This document shows positions 27,491 to 36,640 of a stretch of DNA of 64,000 bases, one piece after another. A program made the translations under genes and the position numbers. A model generated the notes under the pieces. That model made no database searches, was not told the DNA's origin, and was given only the letters and a program-made list of their open reading frames with translations. Numbering within the stretch: position 1 is the stretch's first letter; the number at the start of each line of letters is the position of its first letter. The stretch lies in sequence record SRR20825015_191; one strand, written 5' to 3'.

Positions 27491-29617
27491 ATGAGTAAAC
27501 CTATCCGGTTTCAGCGCGCTACCCCTGTCTGGAATGAATCCCTGACCGGACAAATGAATGTCCTTTTGAGTTTCCATGCACGGGTCGAAAACTTCGCGGC
27601 TGATCAGGGGGCTCTCAGGATCGCGGCGGCCCAGGTCTACCGTGTTCACGCCAATGGTGAGTTGATTGGCCGCGGGCCGGCGCGCACCGCCCATGGTCAT
27701 GCCCGGATTGATGAATGGCCAGTGACGGCAAATGGATCACCCACGCTGGAACTGGTAATCGAGGTATTGGGTTACGGGGTGCCGACCTTTTGCGCGACTG
27801 ATGAAGCGGCATTTCTCTGTGCGGAACTGGTGATGGGGAGCAAGGTCGTGGCGTGGACCGCGAGCCGGGGAGGTGGATTTGCGGCTGAGCGGCGTGATGA
27901 GTTCAGGCAGCGATCGGAGCGATTCAGTTATCAGCGCGCTTTTGTGGAATGTTACCGGATAGGCCGAAAGGGATGCGACTGGCTGGCGTCGGGATATTCG
28001 CCGTTCCGGCCATTGAAGCTGACGAAGGTCCGTGCGAAACCCAAGTGGTTGGCGCGAGGGATTGGGTTGCCCGATTTGACTGTGATCAAACCCCGGAACG
28101 CGGCGATGCGGGGGCGGTCATCGCATAGTGTCCGTCGGGCGAGCCAGGCGTCGCAGCATCGATTCCTCACGGAGGTGCCCAAGACATCGATCGGCTATCC
28201 GCTGAAGCGGGTGGAGTGGTCACTTTTTCAGGAGTTGGCGGGACTGAAGTTTGCCGATTCGAAACAGTTGAGGATTCGAGCTAAGACTCCCGAGAAACTT
28301 GCGGCGCGACAATGGTTACGCGTGGATCTCGGGAAAGTTTTCACCGGATTTCCGCAACTGCGTTTGCGAGCTGATCGACCAGCGCGCGTCGTGCTGATTT
28401 TTGATGAGATCCTGGTAAACGGACAATTGTCTTTTGATCGCTCGACCTGCGTGAATGCGGTCGGCTTGGATCTGGCGGGTGGAGAGGCGTTTGATTTTGA
28501 AAGTTTCGAACCCTATACGTTGCAGCATTTGCAGGTGTTGGTGACGGAGGGAGTTGTCGAGGTGAGTGGAATCGGGTTGCGCCGTTTTATCAACGCGAGC
28601 CCGATATTGGCTGCACCGAAGACAATGCGGCCGGCGGTGGTGAAAGTGCGGGAGGCGGCCGTGGCGTCTTTTCGTCAGAACGCGCTGGATGTCTTCATGG
28701 ACTGTCCGTCGCGGGAACGGGCGGGTTGGTTGTGTGACAGTTTATTCACGGCTCGAGCGGAGTGGCATTTATGCGGAGACAATCCGGTTGAGCGGGCGTT
28801 TTTAGAAAACTATCTGCTCCCGGGAAAATTCACCGGTCTGCCTGATGGGATGGTGCCGATGTGTTATCCGGCCGAGGCCTTGCAACAACAGTTCATTCCG
28901 AATTGGGCGATGTTTTTGGTCCTGCAATTGGATGAGGCAGTGCGGCAACGGCGTGTGCCACCGGAGTGGGAGCCTCTGATCACGCGCCGGGTCCGGGGAC
29001 TTTTGAACTATTTCCAACGCTTCGAAAATGAGTTCAGTCTGCTCGAGAACTTGGAGAGTTGGGTTTTCGTGGAATGGTCGAAGGCGAATGACTTTGTGCA
29101 GGATGTGAATTTCCCCTCGAACATGCTCTATGCGGCGATGCTGCGGTCGGCCGGCCGTTTGTTGCACGAGCCCGGGTTGGCGCAAAAGGCCAAGCGTTTG
29201 GAATCGACGATTCGACAGTGGGCTTGGCGGGAAGGCAGGTATGTGGATCACGCGTTGCGCGATCCTTCGGGTAAGTTGGTGGTGATGGAGGATGCGAGTG
29301 AAGTCTGCCAATACTATGCGTTTTCCTACGGCCTGATTACTCCGCGTCGCCAGTCCGCGCTGTGGCGTAAGTTAGTGCGAGAGGAGTATGCGAATCTTCA
29401 TCCGGCGAATGCGTTTATCGGTAAACTGCTGCGCTTGGAATTGCTCATCAAACACGGAGAGTTGGCCGCGGCACGTCGGGAGCTCATGCAAAATTTCGCC
29501 CCGATGGCGCGGAGAACGGGCACGTTGTGGGAGCACCTCGATGAGAGCGCCAGTTGCAATCACGGGTTCGCTGCTTACATCGCAGTCTTGATTGATCGAC
29601 TGGAAAAGGGAAAATGA
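27491..29617 (+). CDS. alpha-L-rhamnosidase-like (GH78-related) six-hairpin glycosidase
   Basis: GRGPAR, FMDCPSRERAGWLCD, FVEW, GTLWE, SCNHGF; ATG at 27491. Confidence 0.85.
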   Translation: MSKPIRFQRATPVWNESLTGQMNVLLSFHARVENFAADQGALRIAAAQVYRVHANGELIGRGPARTAHGHARIDEWPVTANGSPTLELVIEVLGYGVPTFCATDEAAFLCAELVMGSKVVAWTASRGGGFAAERRDEFRQRSERFSYQRAFVECYRIGRKGCDWLASGYSPFRPLKLTKVRAKPKWLARGIGLPDLTVIKPRNAAMRGRSSHSVRRASQASQHRFLTEVPKTSIGYPLKRVEWSLFQELAGLKFADSKQLRIRAKTPEKLAARQWLRVDLGKVFTGFPQLRLRADRPARVVLIFDEILVNGQLSFDRSTCVNAVGLDLAGGEAFDFESFEPYTLQHLQVLVTEGVVEVSGIGLRRFINASPILAAPKTMRPAVVKVREAAVASFRQNALDVFMDCPSRERAGWLCDSLFTARAEWHLCGDNPVERAFLENYLLPGKFTGLPDGMVPMCYPAEALQQQFIPNWAMFLVLQLDEAVRQRRVPPEWEPLITRRVRGLLNYFQRFENEFSLLENLESWVFVEWSKANDFVQDVNFPSNMLYAAMLRSAGRLLHEPGLAQKAKRLESTIRQWAWREGRYVDHALRDPSGKLVVMEDASEVCQYYAFSYGLITPRRQSALWRKLVREEYANLHPANAFIGKLLRLELLIKHGELAAARRELMQNFAPMARRTGTLWEHLDESASCNHGFAAYIAVLIDRLEKGK

Positions 29618-29621
29618 ACTT

Positions 29622-30437
29622 ATGTCGAAAACCTCGAACCTCCATCTTTACGCGACTGCTTGGTCGCTGCGTGAATATCCGTCCAAGGCCGATGAATGGT
29701 CGTGGGCGCGGAAATTTGATGCGATTCGGGCCGCGGGATTCACGGGAGTGATGTCACCTCCACGCGAGGAACTCGCCGGGCGGGGGGATCTGGATTACTG
29801 GGCAATTGGCAGCCTGGGGGTCGGCCATGATTTGGCGGCGTATTTTGACCAGATCAAAGGACTTGGCGCGACCCATACGACGATCCAACCGTGCGATGTG
29901 GATACTCCGCTGGCAGATGCGATTGATGTGGTGATCGGGATTCTCGCGGCGGCGAAGGAAGTCGGCATCGAGGTGACGATCGAATCTCACCGCGATACGT
30001 TTACCGAGACCCCCGATCGCATGTGGGCGTTGTATGATGGCTTTCGGGCAAAGACCGGCGAATTGATGCCGGTGTGCTTTGATCATTCGCACTTCGCAGT
30101 GGTGCGGCATTTTGCTGCTCCGTATTGGCCGAAGTTGAATGAGCGTCCGGATATCCTCACCGGCACGCCGCGCTTTCACATGCGTCCGTTCAACGGACAT
30201 CATTGTCAGATTCCGGCGACTTTTGATGGCGTGAAACGCACCCCAGAATACGAGGATTGGAGTGACTATGCGAAGTCATTGATCGGGTATTTAAAAGCAG
30301 AAGGCACGGTGGAGGAGATTCACATGGTGCCGGAACTGGGTAATGCCGCACCGGCCTACGGGTTGTCGTGTTTTCCCGATGTGTGGGAAGATGCGAAGGT
30401 GATCGGTGCCGATCTGCGGCGTTGGTGGGGCGAATAG
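29622..30437 (+). CDS. xylose-isomerase-like TIM-barrel protein (sugar phosphate isomerase/epimerase)
   Basis: IESHRDTFTE, FDHSHF, FHMRPFNGH, PELG; starts 4 nt after the GH78-like stop. Confidence 0.8.
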   Translation: MSKTSNLHLYATAWSLREYPSKADEWSWARKFDAIRAAGFTGVMSPPREELAGRGDLDYWAIGSLGVGHDLAAYFDQIKGLGATHTTIQPCDVDTPLADAIDVVIGILAAAKEVGIEVTIESHRDTFTETPDRMWALYDGFRAKTGELMPVCFDHSHFAVVRHFAAPYWPKLNERPDILTGTPRFHMRPFNGHHCQIPATFDGVKRTPEYEDWSDYAKSLIGYLKAEGTVEEIHMVPELGNAAPAYGLSCFPDVWEDAKVIGADLRRWWGE

Positions 30438-30440
30438 CGC

Positions 30441-32021
30441 TTAGCCGGAGCTTTGCCCGTGGGGGGATTCTGTTTCTTCCGCAGCGTGCAGATGATAGGC
30501 TGCCCGCCAGAGGTGATTAGCCGAGATATCGATCCACCGCAACAGGCTCAACAGTTCGTCCGTCATTTTCGGAGAGAGCCGCGTTTCGGAAGTTTCCAGG
30601 AGCAGCGCATGCCGCCCGGTTCGGCGAATTTCGGAGAGTTCTGCAGCGAGTTGCTCTGCCCGTTGCAGATTTTCCGGTCGAGCTTCCTGATGTAAAATCG
30701 GTAGGACCTCGTTGAGGAGATCACGGAGCTTTTCCTGTGCCATGAGGATGTTTTTCGTCGGGTCATTCACGGTTTTCGTCGGAGCGTTGTCGAGTTCTCG
30801 AATCAGTTGATCCAAATGATCAAGGGCGTGAACCAGCGAGAGACGGGTGGTGGCGATGCCGGTGGTAGATGAAATCGCAGGAATACTGGCGAGAAACGTG
30901 TAGCACTCGGTCAGACTTTCACGGACGGAATTTAACGGGATGCTATTTCCGGTATATTCGGGATCAATCCGGTTGCGGGTGTAGGACGTCAAGGCGACGG
31001 CACAATCGGCCAGAGCCCGGCGCAGGGCTTCGATGGCGACTTCCGGAACCTGAACCAATGAGGGATCAAGATGCCGGGTGAACCTGGGGCCTTTATCCGG
31101 GATCAACCGTGTGACGACACGCGAGAAGCGGGGCACACTGGGTAAAACGATGATGGCCCCGAGCACATGAAACGCGGTGTGAAAGAGGGCCAGACTCCAC
31201 GCTCCACTGTGATCTGTCCGGGTGATCGCCCAGACATAAAGTGGTAAGAGAATAAAACCGAGCAGAGCGGCGAAACTGTTGAATAGCACATGCACCAACG
31301 CCGTGCGCTTGGCGGGCACACTGGCGCCAATCGCTGCAAATCCGGCGGTGACGGTGGTGCCGATACTGGCCCCGATGATCAGGGACAGAGCCTGTTCGAT
31401 ATTCAAAGTGCCGGCATGATAGGCCGTGATGGTGGTAGCGACAGCCGCACTTGAAGACTGCATGATCACGGTCAGCGCGATGCCGATCAGCACTAACAAA
31501 ACCCGACCGAGCAAGGTGGGGTCGGGAAGTGATTCGGGCTGAATGTAGGCTGCCATGCCATCCATGCCCTGTTGCAATCCTTCGATGCCGACAAAGATGA
31601 GACCGAAACCGCCGAGAGCTAATCCCAAGGCAGCGATTCGTCCTTTTAACAGGAGTCTCATTAATGCACCGATTCCGATCAGAGGCATGGCGATCGTGCT
31701 CATGCTCAATTTCAATCCGAGTAATGAAACGATCCAACCGGTCGTCGTGGTGCCAACGCTTCCCCCAATACTAATACCGATTGCCTGGGTAAAAGTGAGG
31801 AGGCCGGCACTCACGAAACCGATCGTCGCGAGGGTGGTGGCGCTCGAGGACTGCACCATTGCCGTGATCGTGAGGCCGGAGAAAAAAGCCGAAGTGGTTC
31901 TTCCGGTGAATCGGGTGAGGATACGTCGCAAGGCTTCTCCCGCTGCGGCTTTCAGGCCGTCGGTGAGTAAAAGCATGCCGAGCAGGAAGAGCCCGAGTCC
32001 ACCCAGTATCTGCGAGATCAT
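30441..32021 (-). CDS. Na/Pi cotransporter family protein
   Basis: GGLGLFLLGM; duplicated QSSSATT / QSSSAAV motifs; PhoU-like helical C-terminus. Confidence 0.93.
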   Translation of the reverse strand: MISQILGGLGLFLLGMLLLTDGLKAAAGEALRRILTRFTGRTTSAFFSGLTITAMVQSSSATTLATIGFVSAGLLTFTQAIGISIGGSVGTTTTGWIVSLLGLKLSMSTIAMPLIGIGALMRLLLKGRIAALGLALGGFGLIFVGIEGLQQGMDGMAAYIQPESLPDPTLLGRVLLVLIGIALTVIMQSSSAAVATTITAYHAGTLNIEQALSLIIGASIGTTVTAGFAAIGASVPAKRTALVHVLFNSFAALLGFILLPLYVWAITRTDHSGAWSLALFHTAFHVLGAIIVLPSVPRFSRVVTRLIPDKGPRFTRHLDPSLVQVPEVAIEALRRALADCAVALTSYTRNRIDPEYTGNSIPLNSVRESLTECYTFLASIPAISSTTGIATTRLSLVHALDHLDQLIRELDNAPTKTVNDPTKNILMAQEKLRDLLNEVLPILHQEARPENLQRAEQLAAELSEIRRTGRHALLLETSETRLSPKMTDELLSLLRWIDISANHLWRAAYHLHAAEETESPHGQSSG

Positions 32022-32123
32022 GTCGTGAACGTGCCCAGGGAGTGGGATGAAGGCAATGGAACGATTCTCGCCCGAGGGAAATTGATTCGTGTTTTTTGCG
32101 CTGAGTTTATCTAGGCTTCGCGC

Positions 32124-32822
32124 ATGACGGAAAAAGACTGGGATCGTCTGGCCACTGTGTATTCACAGGAAGTGTGCGATATTTTTGTGAGGGATCGACG
32201 GCAGGTGATCGGGGATTGGCTCGAGCAACGCAAATTACTCGATCGTGATCACACGGTGCTGGATGTGGGGTGTGGAATTGGATCGTTTTTTAAGAAATAC
32301 GGACATCGGTTCGGCGAAAAGGTCGGCACGGATCATTCGCAGAAAATGTTGGAAATTGCGGCACGGCTCTGTCGTCAACAGAAGTCGGTGGAATGGCAGC
32401 AGGCGGATGTGAAGGCACTGCCCGAGACGTTGCATCACCGCGGGGATCTCGTGGTGTGTTCCAACGTGATCACGTTTGTTTCACCGGAGGATTGCCGTCG
32501 GGCGATGGATCAAGTGGCGGGCTGTGCACAGAGCGGAGGTCGCGTGATGTTGGTGCAACCCGCGCTCGAAAGTCATGATCGGGTGGCGCGTTTGGAAAAA
32601 CGGCGCGCCCCGGTGCGACGGGGCGATTCGGCGGTGGTGCGGCGTGATAATCGTCGCCAACGATTTTTCCGGGAAGCGGGAGCGGCGCAGTTGGCCGAGC
32701 GTGCAGGGCTGCGCTCGGTGAAAGTGAGGAAGGTCTGGTATCCGTGGATCGATGAGGGCGTGGTGGCTCCGCCCCGGGGTGAGGAACCGCCGTGGGATTG
32801 GCTGGTTACAGGGCGTCGTTAA
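32124..32822 (+). CDS. class I SAM-dependent methyltransferase
   Basis: VLDVGCGIG, GTDHSQKML, DLVVCSNVI. Confidence 0.88.
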   Translation: MTEKDWDRLATVYSQEVCDIFVRDRRQVIGDWLEQRKLLDRDHTVLDVGCGIGSFFKKYGHRFGEKVGTDHSQKMLEIAARLCRQQKSVEWQQADVKALPETLHHRGDLVVCSNVITFVSPEDCRRAMDQVAGCAQSGGRVMLVQPALESHDRVARLEKRRAPVRRGDSAVVRRDNRRQRFFREAGAAQLAERAGLRSVKVRKVWYPWIDEGVVAPPRGEEPPWDWLVTGRR

Positions 32823-32882
32823 TTTTCCAATTACTCCGAGTGCACTTGACGGTCGGTGACGGGTGTTTGCTGATGGAGCCCT

Positions 32883-33188
32883 ATGCAATGGATCAAGACC
32901 AGTCTCGGGCGTTTGCGGGTGATCGGCTTTTGGGAAGGCGTTTCCTTTCTCGTGCTGCTCCTGATTGCGATGCCCCTCAAATATATGGCGGGATACCCGC
33001 AGGCAGTGAGTGTGGTCGGCATGGCGCACGGGGTGCTGTTTATGCTCTACCTGTGGGCGGCGATTCAGGCGGCGTGGGAGCATGATTGGACGTGGAAACG
33101 CACGCTGTTGGTCATGGTCGCGAGTGTGTTGCCGGCCGGCCCGTTTGTGGTCGATGCGAAGATTCTGAAAGAATACGAAACGCGATGA
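32883..33188 (+). CDS. DUF3817 membrane protein
   Basis: EGVSFLVLLLIAMPLKY, GMAHGVLF, ASVLPAGPF. Confidence 0.92.
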   Translation: MQWIKTSLGRLRVIGFWEGVSFLVLLLIAMPLKYMAGYPQAVSVVGMAHGVLFMLYLWAAIQAAWEHDWTWKRTLLVMVASVLPAGPFVVDAKILKEYETR

Positions 33189-34147
33189 GCCGGAATTATC
33201 CACAGGTGATCGCGCATCGCGGGGCTTCCGGTTACCTGCCTGAAAATACGCTCGCATCGGTGGAGCTGGCGCATCGTCAAGGGGCTGATTGGATCGAGTG
33301 CGATGTCGTGATCACGAAGGATAACCAAGTGCTGGTGTCGCATGATGTGGAATTGGATTTGGTGACCGATGTCGCCGTGAAATATCCGGATCGGGCACGT
33401 GGGGACGGACGCTACTACGCGCTGGACTTTACGATGGAAGAGATCCGGACGCTGCGTAGTCGTGTGCGGTTGAATGGCGATTTGAGTGCCGAACTCTATG
33501 CCGGTCGTTTTGCGACGCTGCCCGAACCGCAACCGTTGGTCACCTTGGGAGAATGGATTGAAGCGATCCAAAAACTGAATCGTGAATCGGGACGCGAGGC
33601 AGGAATTTGCGTGGAGTTGAAGGGACCGGTTTATCACGCGAAGGCAGGGCGCGACTTGCCTCGGAAGGTTGGTGATATCCTTGATAAATACGGCTGTAAT
33701 CAAACGAAGGCGCGTTGCCTGGTGATGAGTTTTGAGCCATCGGTGTTGCAGTGGATGCGGCGTGAATTGAACTGGCAGTCGCCGATGCTGCAGCTGATTG
33801 GGCAACCGGAATGGGGAGAGAGCGATTTCGATTATGCGCATTTATTGACGCCGTTAGGCCTCGAAGAAATCGCGCAATACGCGACGTGGATTGGCACGCA
33901 TCTGCCGCAGGTGATTAGCTTGGAGGCGAACCAGCCTCCGCGTTCAACGGGGTTGCTCGAGTTGGCCCAGGAATGCGGGTTGCGCGTGGCGTCCTATACC
34001 TTTCAGCACGAAGGTTTGCCGGAAGGGCATACGTTGCCGGCTTTGCTCGATTACGCGGTTGGTCCCTTGGGGATGGAAATGCCGATCTGCGATTTTCCGG
34101 ATGTGGCGATCGCGGCGGTGAAACGCCAACGGTTGCAGACGGATTGA
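33185..34147 (+). CDS. glpQ: glycerophosphodiester phosphodiesterase
   Basis: IAHRGASGYLPENT, IECDVVITKD, SHD, ELK, CDFPD; ATGA overlap with the upstream stop. Confidence 0.9.
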   Translation: MSRNYPQVIAHRGASGYLPENTLASVELAHRQGADWIECDVVITKDNQVLVSHDVELDLVTDVAVKYPDRARGDGRYYALDFTMEEIRTLRSRVRLNGDLSAELYAGRFATLPEPQPLVTLGEWIEAIQKLNRESGREAGICVELKGPVYHAKAGRDLPRKVGDILDKYGCNQTKARCLVMSFEPSVLQWMRRELNWQSPMLQLIGQPEWGESDFDYAHLLTPLGLEEIAQYATWIGTHLPQVISLEANQPPRSTGLLELAQECGLRVASYTFQHEGLPEGHTLPALLDYAVGPLGMEMPICDFPDVAIAAVKRQRLQTD

Positions 34148-34190
34148 GAACTCGATTGGCGTGAAGGCACAAAGGAGTCAATTTGCGGTC

Positions 34191-35093
34191 ATGAGAAAGA
34201 TGCTGTTTAGAATTGGTATCGGATTATTGTTTCTGGGGGTGCTGGGAAATGCGGAAGAGGCGAAGGATGCCGAGTATCACTCGGAGATCGAAACATGGCG
34301 GGCGGATCGCCTGGCTCGTCTGACCACCGATAATGGGTGGCTGTCCTTGATCGGCCTGCATTTTCTCGAAGAAGGAGACAATACCGTCGGGAGTGCGGAT
34401 GATAACGATATCGTGTTGGCGGCGGGTCCGGAGCATCTCGGCACTCTGCATTTGGACAAATATGCCCGGGTGAAAATTCAAGTGAATCCGGGAGTCGAAG
34501 TTAAAGTGGATGGGGTGGAAATGCTTTCAGCGGATCTGGCCGATGGCCGTCGCAATAAGCCGACGTTGGTGACTTGCGGGACAATGAGCTTTTATGTGAT
34601 CGAGCGCGGGGGGAGGAAAGCGTTGCGGGTGAAGGACAGTGCCTCCGCACGGCGAAGCAATTTTGAGGGAATCGATTATTTCCCGATCGATCCGACTTGG
34701 CGGATCGAGGCGAGCTGGGTGCCTTTTGATACGGCGAAACGGGTGCCGATTAAGAACATCACCGGGCAGGAGTCGATGGCGATGATCCTGGGCAAAGTCG
34801 TGTTTGAACGTGCGGGGAAAACTTATGAATTGCTGCCGTTACAGGATTCGCTGGGGGCGCCTTTGTTTCTGATCATCGCGGACGAAACCTCCGGCGAGGA
34901 GACCTACGGCGCGGCCCGGTTTGTTTATGCGGATGCCCCCAAGGATGGGGTTGTCGTGATCGATTTTAACAAGGCGCTCAATCCACCCTGTGCGTTTACC
35001 CCCTTTGCAACCTGCCCGCTGCCGCCGGCAGAAAATGTGCTGCCGATCGCCGTGAGGGCTGGAGAAAAGGATTATCGCGGTTCGCACGACTGA
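34191..35093 (+). CDS. DUF1684 domain exported protein
   Basis: Signal peptide, GWLSLIGL, DETSGEETYGAARF, DFNKALNPPCAFTPFATCPLPP. Confidence 0.92.
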   Translation: MRKMLFRIGIGLLFLGVLGNAEEAKDAEYHSEIETWRADRLARLTTDNGWLSLIGLHFLEEGDNTVGSADDNDIVLAAGPEHLGTLHLDKYARVKIQVNPGVEVKVDGVEMLSADLADGRRNKPTLVTCGTMSFYVIERGGRKALRVKDSASARRSNFEGIDYFPIDPTWRIEASWVPFDTAKRVPIKNITGQESMAMILGKVVFERAGKTYELLPLQDSLGAPLFLIIADETSGEETYGAARFVYADAPKDGVVVIDFNKALNPPCAFTPFATCPLPPAENVLPIAVRAGEKDYRGSHD

Positions 35094-35131
35094 TTTTTCG
35101 GAATAATAACACCCTCAACCCACTCAGACTT

Positions 35132-35764
35132 ATGATGAAACTTACTTTAACGCTCCTTTCCTGTGTGCTCGCGCTCCCCGTGATGCACGCGGCGACCCCT
35201 GCTGATTCCGCTGAAGCGGCCAAACCGCTCGCGATTGGGGCGGAAGCCCCACAGGTAACACTTTTGACCAACGAGGGGGAATCTTTCGACCTCGGCGCGG
35301 CCGTCCGCGAACAGCCGACGGTCCTGATCTTTTACCGGGGCGGCTGGTGCCCGTATTGTAACCGTCACCTCATGGCGCTGCAGGAAATTGAGGGCGATTT
35401 GAGGGAGATGGGCTATCAGATTATCGCGGTAAGTCCGGACAAGCCTGCCGCTTTGCAACCGACGACCGATAAGAACGAACTCCATTATCAATTGCTCTCA
35501 GACCGAGAAATGAAAGCGGCCTCGGCCTACGGAGTCGCCTTCCGCCTCTCGGATGAAATCGTGACGAAATATAACAAGTGGGGATTTGACCTCGCTGCCG
35601 TGCCCGGCGATCCAGAAGCGCGTTGGTTGCCCGTGCCAGCTGTATTCATGATCAACGAAGATGGGGTCGTGCGTTATGTGCACACGAATCCCGACTACAA
35701 GGTGCGGTTGGATCCGGATGACTTGCTGGAGGCTGCCGAAGAAGCTTTGGGCTCGGACGACTAG
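35132..35764 (+). CDS. exported peroxiredoxin-like (AhpC/TSA, PRX-like2) protein
   Basis: Signal peptide, FYRGGWCPYC, AVSPD, LPVPAVF, PDYKVR. Confidence 0.92.
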   Translation: MMKLTLTLLSCVLALPVMHAATPADSAEAAKPLAIGAEAPQVTLLTNEGESFDLGAAVREQPTVLIFYRGGWCPYCNRHLMALQEIEGDLREMGYQIIAVSPDKPAALQPTTDKNELHYQLLSDREMKAASAYGVAFRLSDEIVTKYNKWGFDLAAVPGDPEARWLPVPAVFMINEDGVVRYVHTNPDYKVRLDPDDLLEAAEEALGSDD

Positions 35765-35830
35765 ACTTATGCGCTTCAATGGCGGGGAGTGCATCGTGAT
35801 GCATTTCCCGTCTCCTCAGGGTTTCGTCAT

Positions 35831-35876
35831 GTGTCATTGCGAGAAGGCCGCGTCGCTCCGCGACTCGCAATGACAC
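35831..35876. repeat. 13-bp inverted repeat hairpin between convergent genes
   Basis: GTGTCATTGCGAG-(20 nt)-CTCGCAATGACAC. Confidence 0.7.
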
Positions 35877-35886
35877 TGGGCTGATT

Positions 35887-36081
35887 TTAGGAAACAGACT
35901 CGACCGCTTCGATTAAATCGGCGCGAAGATTGGGCACGAGAAAATCGTGGAAAGCTTCCGGCGTGCTCACTGGTTTCGGGGATTCAGCTTGTGGCTGAGT
36001 AGTCCGGCGTGAAGGCGCCTGTGTTTTGATTCTCTTCGTCCGGCGATGGCGGTGAGGAGGTTCGGCGAGGATGGGATGCAT
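35887..36081 (-). CDS. small hypothetical protein (64 aa) downstream of the attenuator
   Basis: ATG at 36081, ~45 nt after the terminator U-tract: MHPILAEPPHRHRRTKRIKT...FHDFLVPNLRADLIEAVESVS. Confidence 0.55.
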   Translation of the reverse strand: MHPILAEPPHRHRRTKRIKTQAPSRRTTQPQAESPKPVSTPEAFHDFLVPNLRADLIEAVESVS

Positions 36082-36125
36082 GGTATGTGGTGGTTTGGAC
36101 CACTCCACTGCCGACACCGGGGAAT

Positions 36126-36154
36126 AAAAAACCCTCCGGTGTGGCACCGGAGGG
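36126..36154 (-). terminator. intrinsic terminator of the attenuator
   Basis: Minus strand CCCTCCGGTG-CCA-CACCGGAGGG-TTTTTT: perfect 10-bp stem plus U6. Confidence 0.9.
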
Positions 36155-36178
36155 GAAAGATTCGAGATTAAGTTACGA

Positions 36179-36280
36179 TCAATACCCTCGCGGTGCGGTG
36201 ATAACGGAAATGGCGGAGACGACGGCCACGGAGACGTGGACGGAAGCAACTGCCAGAAGCGATTTACCGGAGAGGATCAT
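36179..36280 (-). CDS. attenuator leader peptide (33 aa, Val/Ile/Leu-rich)
   Basis: Hand translation MILSGKSLLAVASVHVSVAVVSAISVITAPRGY*: 7 Val, 3 Ile, 3 Leu; absent from the supplied ORF track (shorter than any ORF listed). Confidence 0.75.
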   Translation of the reverse strand: MILSGKSLLAVASVHVSVAVVSAISVITAPRGY

Positions 36281-36343
36281 GTAACGATTTGAGAAAAGGG
36301 CGAAGAGGACTGGCTCTGTCAAGAATCGGATTCGAAATCCTCG

Positions 36344-36634
36344 TTACGATTGAGCGAGTAGGTCCTGAAACTCCTGATGGCGCTCAATGAATGTGGCGAC
36401 ATAGGAACACTGTGGCACGACCTGAAGTTTAGCTTCGCGGGCGTCGGCGAGGGCAGTCCTTACCAATTTCTCCGCGATGCCCTGACCTCGAAATTCAACC
36501 GGCACGTAGGTGTGATCGAAAACGATACGGGACTCGTCGCGCTGATAAGAAAGCACCGCGCGCGCGTCGCCCTGACGTAGTTCATAGCACTGTTCTTTGG
36601 GCAGGTGTTGAACGGCGGGTTCCGATGAGCTCAT
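36344..36634 (-). CDS. small GNAT-family acetyltransferase (YjdJ-like)
   Basis: FDHTYVPVEFRGQGIAEKLV, VVPQCSYV. Confidence 0.92.
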   Translation of the reverse strand: MSSSEPAVQHLPKEQCYELRQGDARAVLSYQRDESRIVFDHTYVPVEFRGQGIAEKLVRTALADAREAKLQVVPQCSYVATFIERHQEFQDLLAQS

Positions 36635-36640
36635 GGGCGG

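Larger units (their letters stand above)
36126..36322 (-). promoter_or_regulatory. ribosome-mediated transcription attenuator, probably sensing branched-chain amino acids
   Basis: Leader ORF; antiterminator GCACCG(C)GAGGG (36196-36185) complementary to the terminator 5' arm CCCTCCGGTGC; terminator; TTGACA at 36322-36317. Confidence 0.8.

Noticed and set aside
33196-33204. Perfect DnaA box TTATCCACA
   Set aside because: Lies inside the glpQ coding sequence (N-Y-P-Q codons) and is isolated; most simply chance.
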